DNA from: Candidatus Komeilibacteria bacterium | Lineage (GTDB): Bacteria; Patescibacteriota; Patescibacteriia; UBA1558; GWA2-36-10 | Length of the DNA stretch: 64,000 nt | Reading direction: 5' to 3' | Assembly: GCA_018656065.1 (NCBI GenBank) | Contig: JABHZY010000024.1 | Coordinates: 75,980-139,979, forward strand | Part shown: positions 37,787 to 47,961 of the stretch, one piece after another | Layout: each line of letters starts with the position of its first letter | How positions within the stretch are numbered: the first letter of the stretch is position 1 | Position numbers and translations under genes: made by a program | The notes under the pieces: model-generated | Databases searched by the model: none | Seen by the model: the letters and a program-made list of their open reading frames with translations, nothing else | What the model was told of the DNA's origin: nothing

Positions 37787-38332
37787 TTATTGATTATTTT
37801 TTATATATGTATAAACACCATTTGTTAATGTGTTGGATAGTGTTGTAATCAAATACATAGCAAAAAAAGGATCTAATTCATCCACATAACCAAACTCATG
37901 CATAAAAAGTCTTGTATATTTTATTGCGTACTTACTAGATTCCTCTTCTGTTGAAGGAAAATTTTTAGATAGATTATTATACTTAGATAAGTCTTTATCT
38001 GTGAAATCAAAAACATTTTTAATATGATCCAATTTTATTACTCCAGATCCATGATTTTTGTAACTTAAAAAATAGTACATAAAACATAGTTTAAAAAGAT
38101 TCTTTACTGTTTCTTTATCTAGATTATCCTTTTCATTTGAAATATAATTAAAACCTTCGTCTTTTTTTTCTAAAAGTAACTCCAAGGTCATCTGTGCTCC
38201 CATTAAAAAAGCTTCAGAAAAAATTTCAATATGCCTGTTATTTGATTCTCTGGGAATCCTTTTAATATAAAAACTGATTATACTATCAATTTCATCAATT
38301 TCAGAAAATTTATTTTTTTTAAATAACCCCAT
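37787..38332 (-). CDS. Hypothetical protein (MGLF N-terminus)
   Basis: ORF in co-oriented array. Confidence 0.6.
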   Translation of the reverse strand: MGLFKKNKFSEIDEIDSIISFYIKRIPRESNNRHIEIFSEAFLMGAQMTLELLLEKKDEGFNYISNEKDNLDKETVKNLFKLCFMYYFLSYKNHGSGVIKLDHIKNVFDFTDKDLSKYNNLSKNFPSTEEESSKYAIKYTRLFMHEFGYVDELDPFFAMYLITTLSNTLTNGVYTYIKNNQ

Positions 38333-38343
38333 ATAGTCTATTT

Positions 38344-38847
38344 TTATATTAACTTTTTATAAATATTATGATTCAAATCGTCAAAAACAACAAAAATTAT
38401 TTCATCAAATGCATCTTGATATTTTTCAATATACTTATTCACTATATCCATAGCTACTTTAGCTGCCTTATCCTTAGGATAACCATACACACCTGTTGAT
38501 ATAGCTGGAAAAGCTATTGTTTTTAAATTATTTTCTCTAGCTAAATCTAAACTTCCTTCGTAACAACTAATCAATAAACCCTTTGGATCATCATCTGAGG
38601 CATAAATTGGTCCTACAACGTGTATTATATGTTTAGCCGGAAGATTATAACCTTTTGTTATTTTAGCACCTCCTACATGACAACCACCTAACCTAGCGCA
38701 TTCTTCTAATAAGTCTTCCCCAGCCGCCATATGGATAGCTCCATCGACTCCTCCTCCACCTAATAGTGTTGGATTAGCTGCATTTACTATAACATCTACA
38801 TTAATAGTTGTTATATCACCTTTTTTTATTGTTATTTTAGTGTTCAT
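38344..38847 (-). CDS. Macrodomain O-acetyl-ADP-ribose deacetylase (YmdB-like)
   Basis: GDIT, VNAAN..LLGGGGVDGAIH and AFPAISTGVYGYP motifs. Confidence 0.93.
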   Translation of the reverse strand: MNTKITIKKGDITTINVDVIVNAANPTLLGGGGVDGAIHMAAGEDLLEECARLGGCHVGGAKITKGYNLPAKHIIHVVGPIYASDDDPKGLLISCYEGSLDLARENNLKTIAFPAISTGVYGYPKDKAAKVAMDIVNKYIEKYQDAFDEIIFVVFDDLNHNIYKKLI

Positions 38848-38851
38848 AATA

Positions 38852-39757
38852 TTAATACCAACAAATATCTTGCTCATTAGTAATAGCCTTTTTGTCTATA
38901 AGATATTTTATAGCCTCATCATGACTACCCAAAGTATCAATCAATCCATTATCTAGAGCCATCTGTCCTAATACTGTAGAGCCATCTGCTAATTGTGTAA
39001 CTTTATCAACTTCTAGCCCTCTGTTTTGAGCAACCTGATCAATAAAATATCTATACATAATATCTATATCTCTTTGCCACAAAGCCTTTTCTTCTTCCGT
39101 AATTATTTTGTCTGGATCTCCAGTGTCTTTGAATTTTCCAGAATTGAGTTCTATATAAGTAATGCCTTGTTCTTCGTTTTGTTTAGTATAATTTAAATGA
39201 GAAGCTGTAATACCAATACTACCAACATCTGATAAAGGTGAAGCAATTATATAATCAGCTCCTGTCGCCGCCAAATAAGCTGACGACGCAGCTCCATCTC
39301 TAATAACCACCACTGTTGGTTTTGTAGCTTTCTTAAGAGCGTTAGCTATTTCTTCTCCAGCTACAGCACTTCCCCCATATGAACTAATTTCTAGAATTAT
39401 AGCCGAAACACTACTAGACTTTTCTGCATCATTGATTGCCCAAAGAATATCATCAGCTGATGTACTAATAGACACTAGCTCTTCTGACTCATCTCCTGTT
39501 ATCATGGCATATGTAGTCAATTCTCCATTAAGCATTATACCCATAACTGAACAATAGTCTTGATAATCTTCTTCTACATATTCTTCATCATAATATCCAT
39601 AATCATCCTCATCCATCTCATCAAATAAAGATATGAGTTGATTCTCTGCATCATATTTAATTATTATAATAGATGCTGATATAAAAATTAATCCCGCTAT
39701 TACAGCAAAAAATACAGAAAGAGCTATAAAAATTCTTTTCCAATTTAGTTTTGTCAT
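38852..39757 (-). CDS. sppA: S49 signal peptide peptidase (SppA-like)
   Basis: SYGGS, AASSAY, VGSIG and SGKFKD motifs. Confidence 0.85.
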   Translation of the reverse strand: MTKLNWKRIFIALSVFFAVIAGLIFISASIIIIKYDAENQLISLFDEMDEDDYGYYDEEYVEEDYQDYCSVMGIMLNGELTTYAMITGDESEELVSISTSADDILWAINDAEKSSSVSAIILEISSYGGSAVAGEEIANALKKATKPTVVVIRDGAASSAYLAATGADYIIASPLSDVGSIGITASHLNYTKQNEEQGITYIELNSGKFKDTGDPDKIITEEEKALWQRDIDIMYRYFIDQVAQNRGLEVDKVTQLADGSTVLGQMALDNGLIDTLGSHDEAIKYLIDKKAITNEQDICWY

Positions 39758-39761
39758 AATT

Positions 39762-40093
39762 CTATTTTTTATTTATAAAAGATTCTAAATTATCTATTTT
39801 ATACTTCTTATTAAAATCAACTATAGAAATATTATTAATAATTTTTTTGATTAAAACTTCATCAGAAGGACGAGCAGTTGTTGCAATAAAATAAATACCA
39901 ACATCTTTATCTTCCTATGCAATCTTAATGAATATTCATATATCTACTTCTTGCCCGGCTTAACTTTATAAACCAGAAGTTCACGCTCCAAGCTCAAAGC
40001 GATTATTTCTTTATCTATAATCTTTATACGTTTCATGGTCTCTAAAAATTCATCAGACCTTAAACGTTTTACTTTTGTATTTATTTTTTTCAT
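39762..40093 (-). pseudogene. Possible disrupted gene
   Basis: ATG 40093 opens 49 codons to TAG; coding-like sequence (DKDVGILFIATTARPSDEVLIKK...) continues in another frame; only sizeable gap in a tight gene array. Confidence 0.35.
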
Positions 40094-40094
40094 A

Positions 40095-40508
40095 TTATCC
40101 AAATTTAGGTTTATAGTTTATTGGGTCTTCAAAGTATTCTTTTATTTTAGCTATAAATTCTGACGGTATATGATTAGCTGTTACAAAATAATCAGTAACT
40201 CCTAATTCTTTACCTTTAATTATATCTTCTTCCTGTGATAGATTTGTCAGCATGAAGATTGGAATATTTTTAGTTCTCTTATCTTTCATTAATATTTTTG
40301 TAGCCTTATATCCATCCATTACTGGCATGATAATGTCCATAATTATTAAATCAGGATTAATTTCTAAAATGTATTTTACAAATTTATCAGCTTTATCTGT
40401 CTCTGGATGTTCCTTCCAAATATGTTCAAAATTATTCTGTTTAAATTTTACTTGATACATCTTACCTAAAAAAGTGTCATCATCAAATTGTAAAATTTTC
40501 TTTACCAT
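40095..40508 (-). CDS. Stand-alone response regulator receiver
   Basis: FDDD, PDLIIMDIIMPVMDG and MLTN motifs; the conserved Lys appears replaced (DYFVTA). Confidence 0.85.
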   Translation of the reverse strand: MVKKILQFDDDTFLGKMYQVKFKQNNFEHIWKEHPETDKADKFVKYILEINPDLIIMDIIMPVMDGYKATKILMKDKRTKNIPIFMLTNLSQEEDIIKGKELGVTDYFVTANHIPSEFIAKIKEYFEDPINYKPKFG

Positions 40509-40525
40509 AATATTATCATAAAAAA

Positions 40526-40894
40526 TTAGTATTTTTTAAATATATTTCTTAATAACACTGGTATTTTATTAAGTGGCCAGAAAATGACAAATCTTGGATA
40601 TGGTCTAATTATTAAATATATAACTAAGCTAATAATAAAAATAATAAACCACCCCCAGGCTGCACCTTCTTCATCACTACAATATCTTGAACAAGAATTG
40701 TAAGAAGTAATAAAAATAAAAGCTAAAAATAATGATAAATAAACAAATAACCCCAATACTGCCTGAAACTTAATTTTATGTTTTTTAACTTTTTTTCGTT
40801 CTGACGTGGATTTTTGGGCAAAAACCCCTTCTCCACAGTACCCGCAAAATGAACTAGTGTGAGCTATATTTTTATTGCATTTAGAACATTTCAT
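40526..40894 (-). CDS. Zinc-ribbon + two-TM protein
   Basis: CSKC..FCGYCG followed by TMs. Confidence 0.7.
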   Translation of the reverse strand: MKCSKCNKNIAHTSSFCGYCGEGVFAQKSTSERKKVKKHKIKFQAVLGLFVYLSLFLAFIFITSYNSCSRYCSDEEGAAWGWFIIFIISLVIYLIIRPYPRFVIFWPLNKIPVLLRNIFKKY

Positions 40895-40897
40895 ATA

Positions 40898-41383
40898 TTA
40901 ACTTTTTATAAATGTATTTTTTGCTCTTTTTGATTTCCATAGATACAAAGACCATACAATGGTGTACAAAACTTGTTTTATTGTATCTTCTCCGTATTCT
41001 CCGTCATAAATAAAAATCATGATCAAAAGAACACTACCTATAACGTTTATAATTAAAAACCATTTCTTAAAAGACTTTTTCTTTTTGACCATCAAATAAA
41101 TTAACCACGCAGAAGCAATGATAGCTACAGTACTACCACCTAAAGAATATGCATCAAAACCAAAAGCATCTAGCTCTGTAAAATAATAAAACACCTCAAT
41201 AATTGGACTAATAAAAACTCCAAATGCTAAAAGAGCTAACCAGCCACCAAACCCTTCTTGTTTGTTTTTTTCTTCATTAATAGATTTTATTTGTTCGATG
41301 TGTGATTCAGTTTTTTTAACACCACACTTACCACAAAATTCATGATCTTCTACAATATTATTGCCACATTTATGACATAACAT
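40898..41383 (-). CDS. Zinc-ribbon + DUF2569-like membrane protein
   Basis: CHKCG..FCGKCG; GFGGWL; W..YL.KSKR.KNTF. Confidence 0.75.
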   Translation of the reverse strand: MLCHKCGNNIVEDHEFCGKCGVKKTESHIEQIKSINEEKNKQEGFGGWLALLAFGVFISPIIEVFYYFTELDAFGFDAYSLGGSTVAIIASAWLIYLMVKKKKSFKKWFLIINVIGSVLLIMIFIYDGEYGEDTIKQVLYTIVWSLYLWKSKRAKNTFIKS

Positions 41384-41393
41384 AGATTTTATA

Positions 41394-42164
41394 TTAATAA
41401 TTATTAAATGTATTTTTACCAACGGTATCTATATCAATATTCCCATTATAACTAGTTTCTAACTCTAACTCCCAAATAGTATATTCGGAACTTGTTGTGT
41501 CGAAATCAAACGTACCATCAAATTCAAAAAAACTTGGTTTTAAAGTAAATTCTTTTGAATAAGAATCCCAATCATTTCCCTGAGTTGCAATGACTTTATA
41601 GTTACCATCAGATATACCTGTGACTGTAAAAATATTATTTTTTTTAACATAAAAAGTAATAATTGACTTGTTAGTTCTCGTACTAACAAGTTTTATTACA
41701 GCGTCCTCATTAGTTCCATTATCTATAGTTAGCTCTCCCTCGCCACTTAAATAATAGCTAACAGAATCAATTGTAAAACCATTAGTTAAAGATCTAATAT
41801 TGGCAGGTGGTTTTACATAAGTAGGAGTATTTACATTTTTATTATTCTCAGATACATAATTACTATCTGAATCATTAGATGCCGCTATAATAATAATGAC
41901 TATTACTATAACTAGTATTATGAAAAATTTAGAATATCTCATTATCCAATCTTTAAATTCTCCTGAGGGTTTATTATCTGTTGTCTTTTTGGCTTTATAA
42001 ACACTAGATTCATTTTGTGCCAAGCTAGTATCTACTGGTGAGCCACAGTCTGTACAAAAACTAGAATTAGCTTCTATAAGTTTACTACAATTATTGCAGT
42101 ATTTTGTCACTTCTACATCATCATTTGTGGATAGAAAATCAGTTTTTAAATCTAATTTTTTCAT
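41394..42164 (-). CDS. Zinc-ribbon + TM + extracellular beta domain protein
   Basis: CNNC..FCTDCG; TM; LTIDNGTNEDAVIKL domain. Confidence 0.7.
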   Translation of the reverse strand: MKKLDLKTDFLSTNDDVEVTKYCNNCSKLIEANSSFCTDCGSPVDTSLAQNESSVYKAKKTTDNKPSGEFKDWIMRYSKFFIILVIVIVIIIIAASNDSDSNYVSENNKNVNTPTYVKPPANIRSLTNGFTIDSVSYYLSGEGELTIDNGTNEDAVIKLVSTRTNKSIITFYVKKNNIFTVTGISDGNYKVIATQGNDWDSYSKEFTLKPSFFEFDGTFDFDTTSSEYTIWELELETSYNGNIDIDTVGKNTFNNY

Positions 42165-42179
42165 AATTTTATAATTATT

Positions 42180-43259
42180 TTACCATCTCTCTAAATGAGC
42201 TAATGACTCATATCGATTAATTTCATTAATATCAATTGGATTATAGCGTTTTATGTCATCTTCAATCATTTTTTGATCTATATATGGCTTATCATCATTC
42301 GCTGCACTTCGAGAAACATTTTCAAGTATACCCTCTATAATATCTGAACTAGCATAATTTTCAGTTAAATTAGCTAATGTATCAAAGTTAATTTTTTTAC
42401 TTGTTGGTCTGCCAGATAAACCTATTTTAAATAATTCTTTTCTTGCTTCAAAATCAGGTGGTGATACATATATTCTTTTGTCCATTCTACCAGAACGTAA
42501 TATTGCCATATCAATTCTATCTGGATAATTTGTTGCAGCTACAACTAAAATTTTGTTATCACTTGCGTCATTTAATTGCATGAGAAACTCATTAATTTCT
42601 TCTTCTTTATGAGATGAGGAATCCTGTAAACCATCTCTTTTGGGGACCAATCCGCTAATCTCATCAAGAAAAATAATTGCTGGGGCATTCATTTTTGCCA
42701 TTTCAAATACTTTACCAATATTACTAACTGAACCATGAATAAAAGGCGTCGCAAGATCAGAATGTTTTATTTCATAATATTTATACTTTAGTTCTTCGGC
42801 TAATTTCCTAACTATAAATGTTTTACCGCAGCCGGGTGGTCCATATAGTAAAACTCCATTAGGAATTGACACTTTAAATTTTTTAAAACGTTCTGGTTGT
42901 AAAAGCGGGTTAATAACGTCTTTTAACAATAATTCTTTAAGTTTTCTCATCCCAGCCACACTTTGAAAGCCTTTTAATATAGTTAAGTCTTCTATAACGG
43001 ATGTTATTTTTTCATTAGAATGTTCCTTAACAATTAATCCGAGATAACTTTTATCACCATATTTTATTTTCAATAAATCTTTTTTTCTACTTTCATTAAC
43101 TATATCTTCATGAATTAAATTCGTAAATAAATATAAAAAATCATCATCTGATAATTCGTATATTTCTGTAAAATAAAGTTTTTCTATTCTACGAACCACA
43201 AGAACATCTTTCTTTATTTTAAACCCATTATGTAGTGTTGGTTTATTTTGTATAGTCAT
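42180..43259 (-). CDS. AAA+ ATPase (classical FtsH/Cdc48-like clade, single domain)
   Basis: GPPGCGKT, IIFLDE and AATNYPDRIDMAILRSGRMD (SRH) motifs. Confidence 0.9.
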   Translation of the reverse strand: MTIQNKPTLHNGFKIKKDVLVVRRIEKLYFTEIYELSDDDFLYLFTNLIHEDIVNESRKKDLLKIKYGDKSYLGLIVKEHSNEKITSVIEDLTILKGFQSVAGMRKLKELLLKDVINPLLQPERFKKFKVSIPNGVLLYGPPGCGKTFIVRKLAEELKYKYYEIKHSDLATPFIHGSVSNIGKVFEMAKMNAPAIIFLDEISGLVPKRDGLQDSSSHKEEEINEFLMQLNDASDNKILVVAATNYPDRIDMAILRSGRMDKRIYVSPPDFEARKELFKIGLSGRPTSKKINFDTLANLTENYASSDIIEGILENVSRSAANDDKPYIDQKMIEDDIKRYNPIDINEINRYESLAHLERW

Positions 43260-43261
43260 AA

Positions 43262-44914
43262 TTATGCTTTATTTACTATTCTAGACTTATATACCCATGC
43301 AGCTATCCAAAAAATGAACCCCACACCATAGAACCATACTGTAAGCCATCCTAAGATATATAATATATTATGAACATGCATTTTTTTACTTATGTTACTA
43401 AGTTTATGTGTTAATCCAGAATATAAAACGCAATCAAAAAGTACTGTCACTATATTTCGTTCATATGTGTCTCCTAACTTATTTTGTATAGCAGTTAACA
43501 TATCTCTTCGCATTTCATCCAATTGACTTAAATTATCAATATTTGCATCTTTTATTGTTTGAACTACACTATTTAAAACCTTATCAATTGCTTCTTTATC
43601 AAGTTCAAATAAATCAAAATTATCATATATTAATTGATACATTTCATCAAACATTGGCAATGCACTTTCTTTGTTGATTGACCACTGCTCTACCGTTTCT
43701 TCATACATTTTCATTATATATAATATAAGAGCCATTTTTTTCTGCTCCTGAAGTTGTTGGATTCTTTTTACGTTTTTTGGTTTTTTGGTTTTTTCATCAG
43801 CTAAATATTCATCAGCTTTTTGCATTGCTTCTTGATATTTTTTCTCTTCAAATAAATCTAATAACGGTTTTAATTCTTTTGCATCTTTTTCTACATCCTT
43901 AAGTGTTTTTTTATCTTGTTTAAGCTTATTAGTTAAACTATCGGTACCTGCTATTTCTTCAGCTACATTAATTAAAGAAATAGATATATCGGTTTCACTT
44001 AAATTATTGTGTAAATCAAGAACAATTAATCTTAAAGCATTTGCTACACGATCTCTTAATGATTTAACTTTCGTATCATCATATAGACCTATGTCTATCA
44101 ATTTATTAAGTTCGCCTTGTATTACTTCTATAGATTGTTGAATTTCTTTTTTTTCTTCGTCATCGAAAATACCATCTTCACTAACATTAAGACCCTCGAG
44201 TTTTGAAACATGTTCGGATAAAATATTAACAGTGGGGTTAATATATTCTTTTTCAACGTTAGAACCATGAGTATCAAATAATTCATTGAAATGTAATATG
44301 ATACTTGGGTCATTATGTTTTTTAGCAAGATCACTAAAAATATCTGCTAATAATTTTGTAGCCTGTTCTTGTAATTCTTTATATAAAGTATTATCTACTC
44401 CTAAATCATCATGAAGATCATATACCTTTTTAAAACTGTTCCAAAATTTATCAGATTCGATAATCTCTTTCCATAAAATTAAAACTCTATCTAGATATAA
44501 TTTATTCACATTAGTTTCTAAAAAAGATATCAATAAAATTGCTAAATTTTTTCTATACCCATATGATTTAATTGTATTACCAATAGCTTTATCATCCCAA
44601 ACACGAATAGCATCTTCTATATTATTAGATTTCAATAGCCCAACTGCTTGTTCATCTAAATTGTCTCGTATCTCAAACCAAAAAAAGTATTCAAAAATTT
44701 TCTTTCTTGGTAAAGCCAAGCGCTCAGCTGCTTTTTTTACTTCAAGTTCATTTTTACGTAATGGAACTTCATTTATATCTAAATCATAAGTGGGAATATC
44801 ATCAATTTTGTTACGCGCTATAATCTCTCTTAATCTTTTAGCTATATCACTTGTTGTAGCAGTAGTATCTAAACCAAGAGTCCGATAAGCGTTGTTAGAT
44901 ATGTAGTTACTCAT
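43262..44914 (-). CDS. J-domain-like (HPD-less) helical-repeat protein with C-terminal TM
   Basis: NAYRTLGL...T..DI.KR N-terminus; helical body; C-terminal hydrophobic hairpin; adjacent to Hsp70. Confidence 0.6.
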   Translation of the reverse strand: MSNYISNNAYRTLGLDTTATTSDIAKRLREIIARNKIDDIPTYDLDINEVPLRKNELEVKKAAERLALPRKKIFEYFFWFEIRDNLDEQAVGLLKSNNIEDAIRVWDDKAIGNTIKSYGYRKNLAILLISFLETNVNKLYLDRVLILWKEIIESDKFWNSFKKVYDLHDDLGVDNTLYKELQEQATKLLADIFSDLAKKHNDPSIILHFNELFDTHGSNVEKEYINPTVNILSEHVSKLEGLNVSEDGIFDDEEKKEIQQSIEVIQGELNKLIDIGLYDDTKVKSLRDRVANALRLIVLDLHNNLSETDISISLINVAEEIAGTDSLTNKLKQDKKTLKDVEKDAKELKPLLDLFEEKKYQEAMQKADEYLADEKTKKPKNVKRIQQLQEQKKMALILYIMKMYEETVEQWSINKESALPMFDEMYQLIYDNFDLFELDKEAIDKVLNSVVQTIKDANIDNLSQLDEMRRDMLTAIQNKLGDTYERNIVTVLFDCVLYSGLTHKLSNISKKMHVHNILYILGWLTVWFYGVGFIFWIAAWVYKSRIVNKA

Positions 44915-44915
44915 A

Positions 44916-47417
44916 TTAATTTGTTATACCTGATAAATTATCCCCTAAAATTTCCTGCTCTTCTTTAGGTAATAAAGACATTAAGCCTCGTACACTTTCT
45001 TGTAAACCATCTTCATCACCATTTTCTATGGCAGCTTTCCCTTTATTAATATAATATTTTGCCTCATCATCATTAGTAAAATTATAACCACCCTCTGTTA
45101 ATCTCTCATATTGAGCAGCCCAAAAAGCCGGATTTTCAATCATTATAGACATACCAAGATCTGTTATTTGTTCATTGATTCTCAAAAGTAGCTCTTTATC
45201 ATTTTTTTCAATAGCTGTCTCACCTTCTTTTTTTAATATATTAAACTGTTCTTGTTTTTCAATTTTTTTATCTTCTTTTAGTAAAACAACAATAAATTTC
45301 TGAGTATCTTCACAGCTGCTTTTAAATTTTTTAATTAAAACTGAAATCTCTGAATCTTTTTCAATGCGCGCTAATTCATTTTGTAATTCACGTAGTTCTT
45401 TTTGCGCCTTTCTTCCATCATCTTGGTCAGTCGAAGCATTTTTTATATTGTTTGATATGGAAGATAACTTTTCCTGAAATGATTTACGTTCTGAGGTTGA
45501 ACTAACATTTGATAAATCGCTTACTTGTTTTCTAGCTGTCTCAGTTTCTTCAATAAGCTTCTGTTTATCTATATCTTTTGCAAAAATTGAACCTCTTGCA
45601 TTAAACGATTTATCTATTTGTTCAATATACGCATAAACAGAAACCTGTCGGGATTCATCAACTTCAATAGTTAATTCAATTGGCGTACTAGCTGGTAAAT
45701 CCTTTGGAATATCACTACCCTTAATTAATAAGTTACAAACTTCCATATTTTTATGTGGATCATCAGACTCTCCTTCTTTAATCCAAATTGGAAGTTCAAC
45801 GTCCTGTCCTTTTTCCAATTTTTTAATTGTTTTATATGTAGTTGGCTCTGATTTTAATGGTAATATACTCCCACGATCAAATATTGGTACAAATTTATTT
45901 TTATAACTAAAATTATTAGCACTATCACGTTGAGCTATAACTATACCTATTGTGTGTGCAATTGGAGCATTTGATACTGAAAGTCCATGAGTAATTGAAA
46001 ATGAATCAGGATCTATTGTTATTGGTTTATTTTTATCATTAAACAAATATAAATAATACACATTTTGTTTGTTTGTTTCTAATGGTAAAGTATCATAAAA
46101 TTTTCCATTCTTAAGTTTAATTTTCTGACTACTATAATGCCCACTATCACTCTGTATTTGGAGAGAATAAGCCTCTTCAATACCATCAAGTTCTTTAATA
46201 ATTCCCGATATTGCAGTTTCAGTTTCAGATGTCAATGTATCATAATTAAGATCTATAGATAATATATTGTTTTTTAACTTTTTTTTATGCTTACGAATAT
46301 TATCTGGTATTTTTTGACTAGTAGAAAAAATACTAGCGCCTCTAGCTATAGATGTTAAAGGATCTGAGGTAGTATCAACATCAATTTTTAAATCATATTC
46401 TAATCGTTGACGAATATAAGGCACTAATGTTGATCCCCCAACAAGAACTATCTTGGATATGGCTGATTTTTTTATACTAGATGATTTTATTACTTTATTA
46501 GTAAGTTCAATTGTTTTATCAATTTTTATTTTTATTAATTTTTCAAATTCTTTTCTAGTAAAAATAAATGAAAAATTTATTTCATTCCCATTGTCATCCA
46601 TACCAATATCACTAATTTCAATCGTAGCTTTTTCATATTGTGATAAATACACTTTAGATTGTTCAGCCATGTACTTAAGTTTGGCAAATATGGTTTTAAT
46701 ACTAGAATCAGAATTTGACCGATCAATATTAGCAACAGAATATTTTTCTTGAATTTTAGGAATAATTATTTGATCAACTATAATGTTGTCAAAATCTTTA
46801 CCTCCTAAAAAATTATCCCCTTGATGCTCAAGCACACTAAGAGTTCCACCTTTTGAAGATATAAGAGCTATATCAAAAGTTCCGCCTCCTAAATCGTATA
46901 CTAACCAGTTTTCATCTTTAGATTTCATGAAGCCATATGAAATAGCTGCTGCTATAGGTTCTTGTAATAAAACTACATAGTCAAATCCAGCTAAATTACC
47001 AGCTCTTTTTGTGGCCTCTGATTGAAGAATTGAGAAATGTGCAGGCACAGTTATAACTACTGCTGAAGTATCAAAATCAGGATATTTACGTAATATATCT
47101 TCTTTTAAATTTTTTATAATCTCTGCTGATATTTCTTCTGCTAATAAGCCCTTTTTTAATCTAGGAAAAACCACTTTTTCAGCACTACCCATTAATCTTT
47201 TAATCTCTGCTTTATAATTTTCTACGTCTTCACGTAATGATTCCTTTGCCGTTTTACCAACAATTATATTACCTGATTTATCAACGCCAACTACGGAATG
47301 TGTATATTCGTCATTAAATATGTTTTTTACAATTTCTACATTTCCTCCTATATTTACTGCTACTTCGGAATTTGTAGTGCCTAAATCAATACCAATTTGT
47401 ATGTTTTGTGTATTCAT
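44916..47417 (-). CDS. Specialised Hsp70/DnaK-family protein (833 aa)
   Basis: GIDLGTTNS, TVPAHF, EPIAAA, YDLGGGTFD, LGGKDFD and LVGGST motifs. Confidence 0.92.
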   Translation of the reverse strand: MNTQNIQIGIDLGTTNSEVAVNIGGNVEIVKNIFNDEYTHSVVGVDKSGNIIVGKTAKESLREDVENYKAEIKRLMGSAEKVVFPRLKKGLLAEEISAEIIKNLKEDILRKYPDFDTSAVVITVPAHFSILQSEATKRAGNLAGFDYVVLLQEPIAAAISYGFMKSKDENWLVYDLGGGTFDIALISSKGGTLSVLEHQGDNFLGGKDFDNIIVDQIIIPKIQEKYSVANIDRSNSDSSIKTIFAKLKYMAEQSKVYLSQYEKATIEISDIGMDDNGNEINFSFIFTRKEFEKLIKIKIDKTIELTNKVIKSSSIKKSAISKIVLVGGSTLVPYIRQRLEYDLKIDVDTTSDPLTSIARGASIFSTSQKIPDNIRKHKKKLKNNILSIDLNYDTLTSETETAISGIIKELDGIEEAYSLQIQSDSGHYSSQKIKLKNGKFYDTLPLETNKQNVYYLYLFNDKNKPITIDPDSFSITHGLSVSNAPIAHTIGIVIAQRDSANNFSYKNKFVPIFDRGSILPLKSEPTTYKTIKKLEKGQDVELPIWIKEGESDDPHKNMEVCNLLIKGSDIPKDLPASTPIELTIEVDESRQVSVYAYIEQIDKSFNARGSIFAKDIDKQKLIEETETARKQVSDLSNVSSTSERKSFQEKLSSISNNIKNASTDQDDGRKAQKELRELQNELARIEKDSEISVLIKKFKSSCEDTQKFIVVLLKEDKKIEKQEQFNILKKEGETAIEKNDKELLLRINEQITDLGMSIMIENPAFWAAQYERLTEGGYNFTNDDEAKYYINKGKAAIENGDEDGLQESVRGLMSLLPKEEQEILGDNLSGITN

Positions 47418-47420
47418 AAT

Positions 47421-47936
47421 TTATTTTTTATTCTTCAATAAAATAACCTTCGCTTTATTTACAAAATGCCCTTTTACTATAATTGCTGGTTCGATAGTTT
47501 CTTTTATCATTGGCCATTTTAAATTATCCATTTGCTCAACAGATAATATTTCTACATTCATTCCCTCTGTATATTTTTCTTCATGATATTCACGAATCTC
47601 TACATCATGACGTTTAAGATAACCTTTCAATTTATGCACTGAATTTTCCATGATCTTTTTCTTATTATCATCGATGGAGTCAGACAAGCTATTTATTTTT
47701 CTTTCTAATCTCCATACCTCAATAGCTAGCTCAACAAAATCTTTAGTATCTTGAGAGATTTGTAAAAATTTTGACTGTACAGATGATTTAATCTCTGTCT
47801 TAAGCATAATTACTGACTCCTGTAATCTATTAATAATATTCAATAAAAGCTTAATTGTTGCTATTATCCCAATTAAAATAAAAACTATAGCTACTGAAAT
47901 AACTAAAATTTTAAAATCAACCATTAATAAATTCAT
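47421..47936 (-). CDS. Membrane-anchored GrpE-like protein
   Basis: N-terminal TM, coiled coil, C-terminal IKETIEPAIIVKGHFVNKAKVIL resembling the GrpE beta head; directly upstream of Hsp70. Confidence 0.65.
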   Translation of the reverse strand: MNLLMVDFKILVISVAIVFILIGIIATIKLLLNIINRLQESVIMLKTEIKSSVQSKFLQISQDTKDFVELAIEVWRLERKINSLSDSIDDNKKKIMENSVHKLKGYLKRHDVEIREYHEEKYTEGMNVEILSVEQMDNLKWPMIKETIEPAIIVKGHFVNKAKVILLKNKK

Positions 47937-47961
47937 ATATATTAATAAATTATTAGTAAAT

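Noticed and set aside
44916-47417. Housekeeping dnaK
   Set aside because: Too long, divergent substrate-binding region, non-canonical partners, located in a mobile island
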